A stretch of DNA of 64,000 nucleotides from Hypanus sabinus (taxonomy: Eukaryota), in assembly GCF_030144855.1 (NCBI RefSeq), contig NC_082730.1:13578001-13642000 (forward strand), written 5' to 3'. Positions 63,741 to 64,000 of the stretch are shown one piece after another (position 1 is the stretch's first letter; each line of letters begins with the position of its first letter). A model generated the notes under the pieces. That model was given only the letters and a program-made list of their open reading frames with translations. It was not told the DNA's origin and searched no databases. The translations under genes were made by a program, and so were the position numbers.

Positions 63741-64000
63741 CTGAGCAAAGTGGAAGAGACATAGAATCAGTGGGAGGAAATGAGACAGCGTTGTGGTTGA
63801 AACATTTACTTCCTCATTCCTATGTATTCTTAGTGGAGTAGCACAAGGTAAACAGCAGAGCCAAAGGAGTTCATCAGGCTGGGTGAATTAGTGTTGGGCT
63901 GAGGGACTGAGGGAAACTGGTAAATATTGGAGTAAGGAAATTAATTCCAGAATGGATAAAAGACTCAGTGACAGCACAAGAGGTAACAAGGGAGGTTTTG

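Noticed and set aside
1-64000. Prokaryotic-type features (operons, CRISPR arrays, rRNA or tRNA genes)
   Set aside because: Spliced vertebrate locus; no repeat-spacer arrays; tRNA-like boxes occur only as SINE heads

Overview
Repeat-rich vertebrate genomic DNA, most likely a cartilaginous fish (inferred from the mix of CR1 LINEs, HE1/V-SINE-like SINEs, Penelope-type fragments and Rex1/Babar elements; the taxon cannot be confirmed here). Most ORFs in the supplied track are repeat-derived or spurious. Manual exon reconstruction on the minus strand gives a head-to-tail cluster of CD300/pIgR-like (CMRF35-like) Ig V-domain receptors. Gene A (ATG 15565, stop 2228) is complete, 173 aa, with one V domain, an Arg in the TM and no cytoplasmic tail (activating type). 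Gene B (ATG 60753, stop 34417) is complete, 359 aa if all exons are used, with two tandemly duplicated V exons and an ITIM/ITSM-like tail (inhibitory type). Gene C is represented only by its 3' end (TM exon with Arg plus a short tail, 63740-63210). All reconstructed junctions are GT-AG and phase-compatible. Introns and spacers contain two 5'-inverted L1s, a tandem R4/Dong-like element, a hAT element with TIRs and TSD, a solo LTR, and Penelope-type fragments carrying hammerhead-ribozyme cores, including a 212-bp fold-back. Repeat family names come from recalled family hallmarks, not database searches, and many repeat boundaries are approximate.
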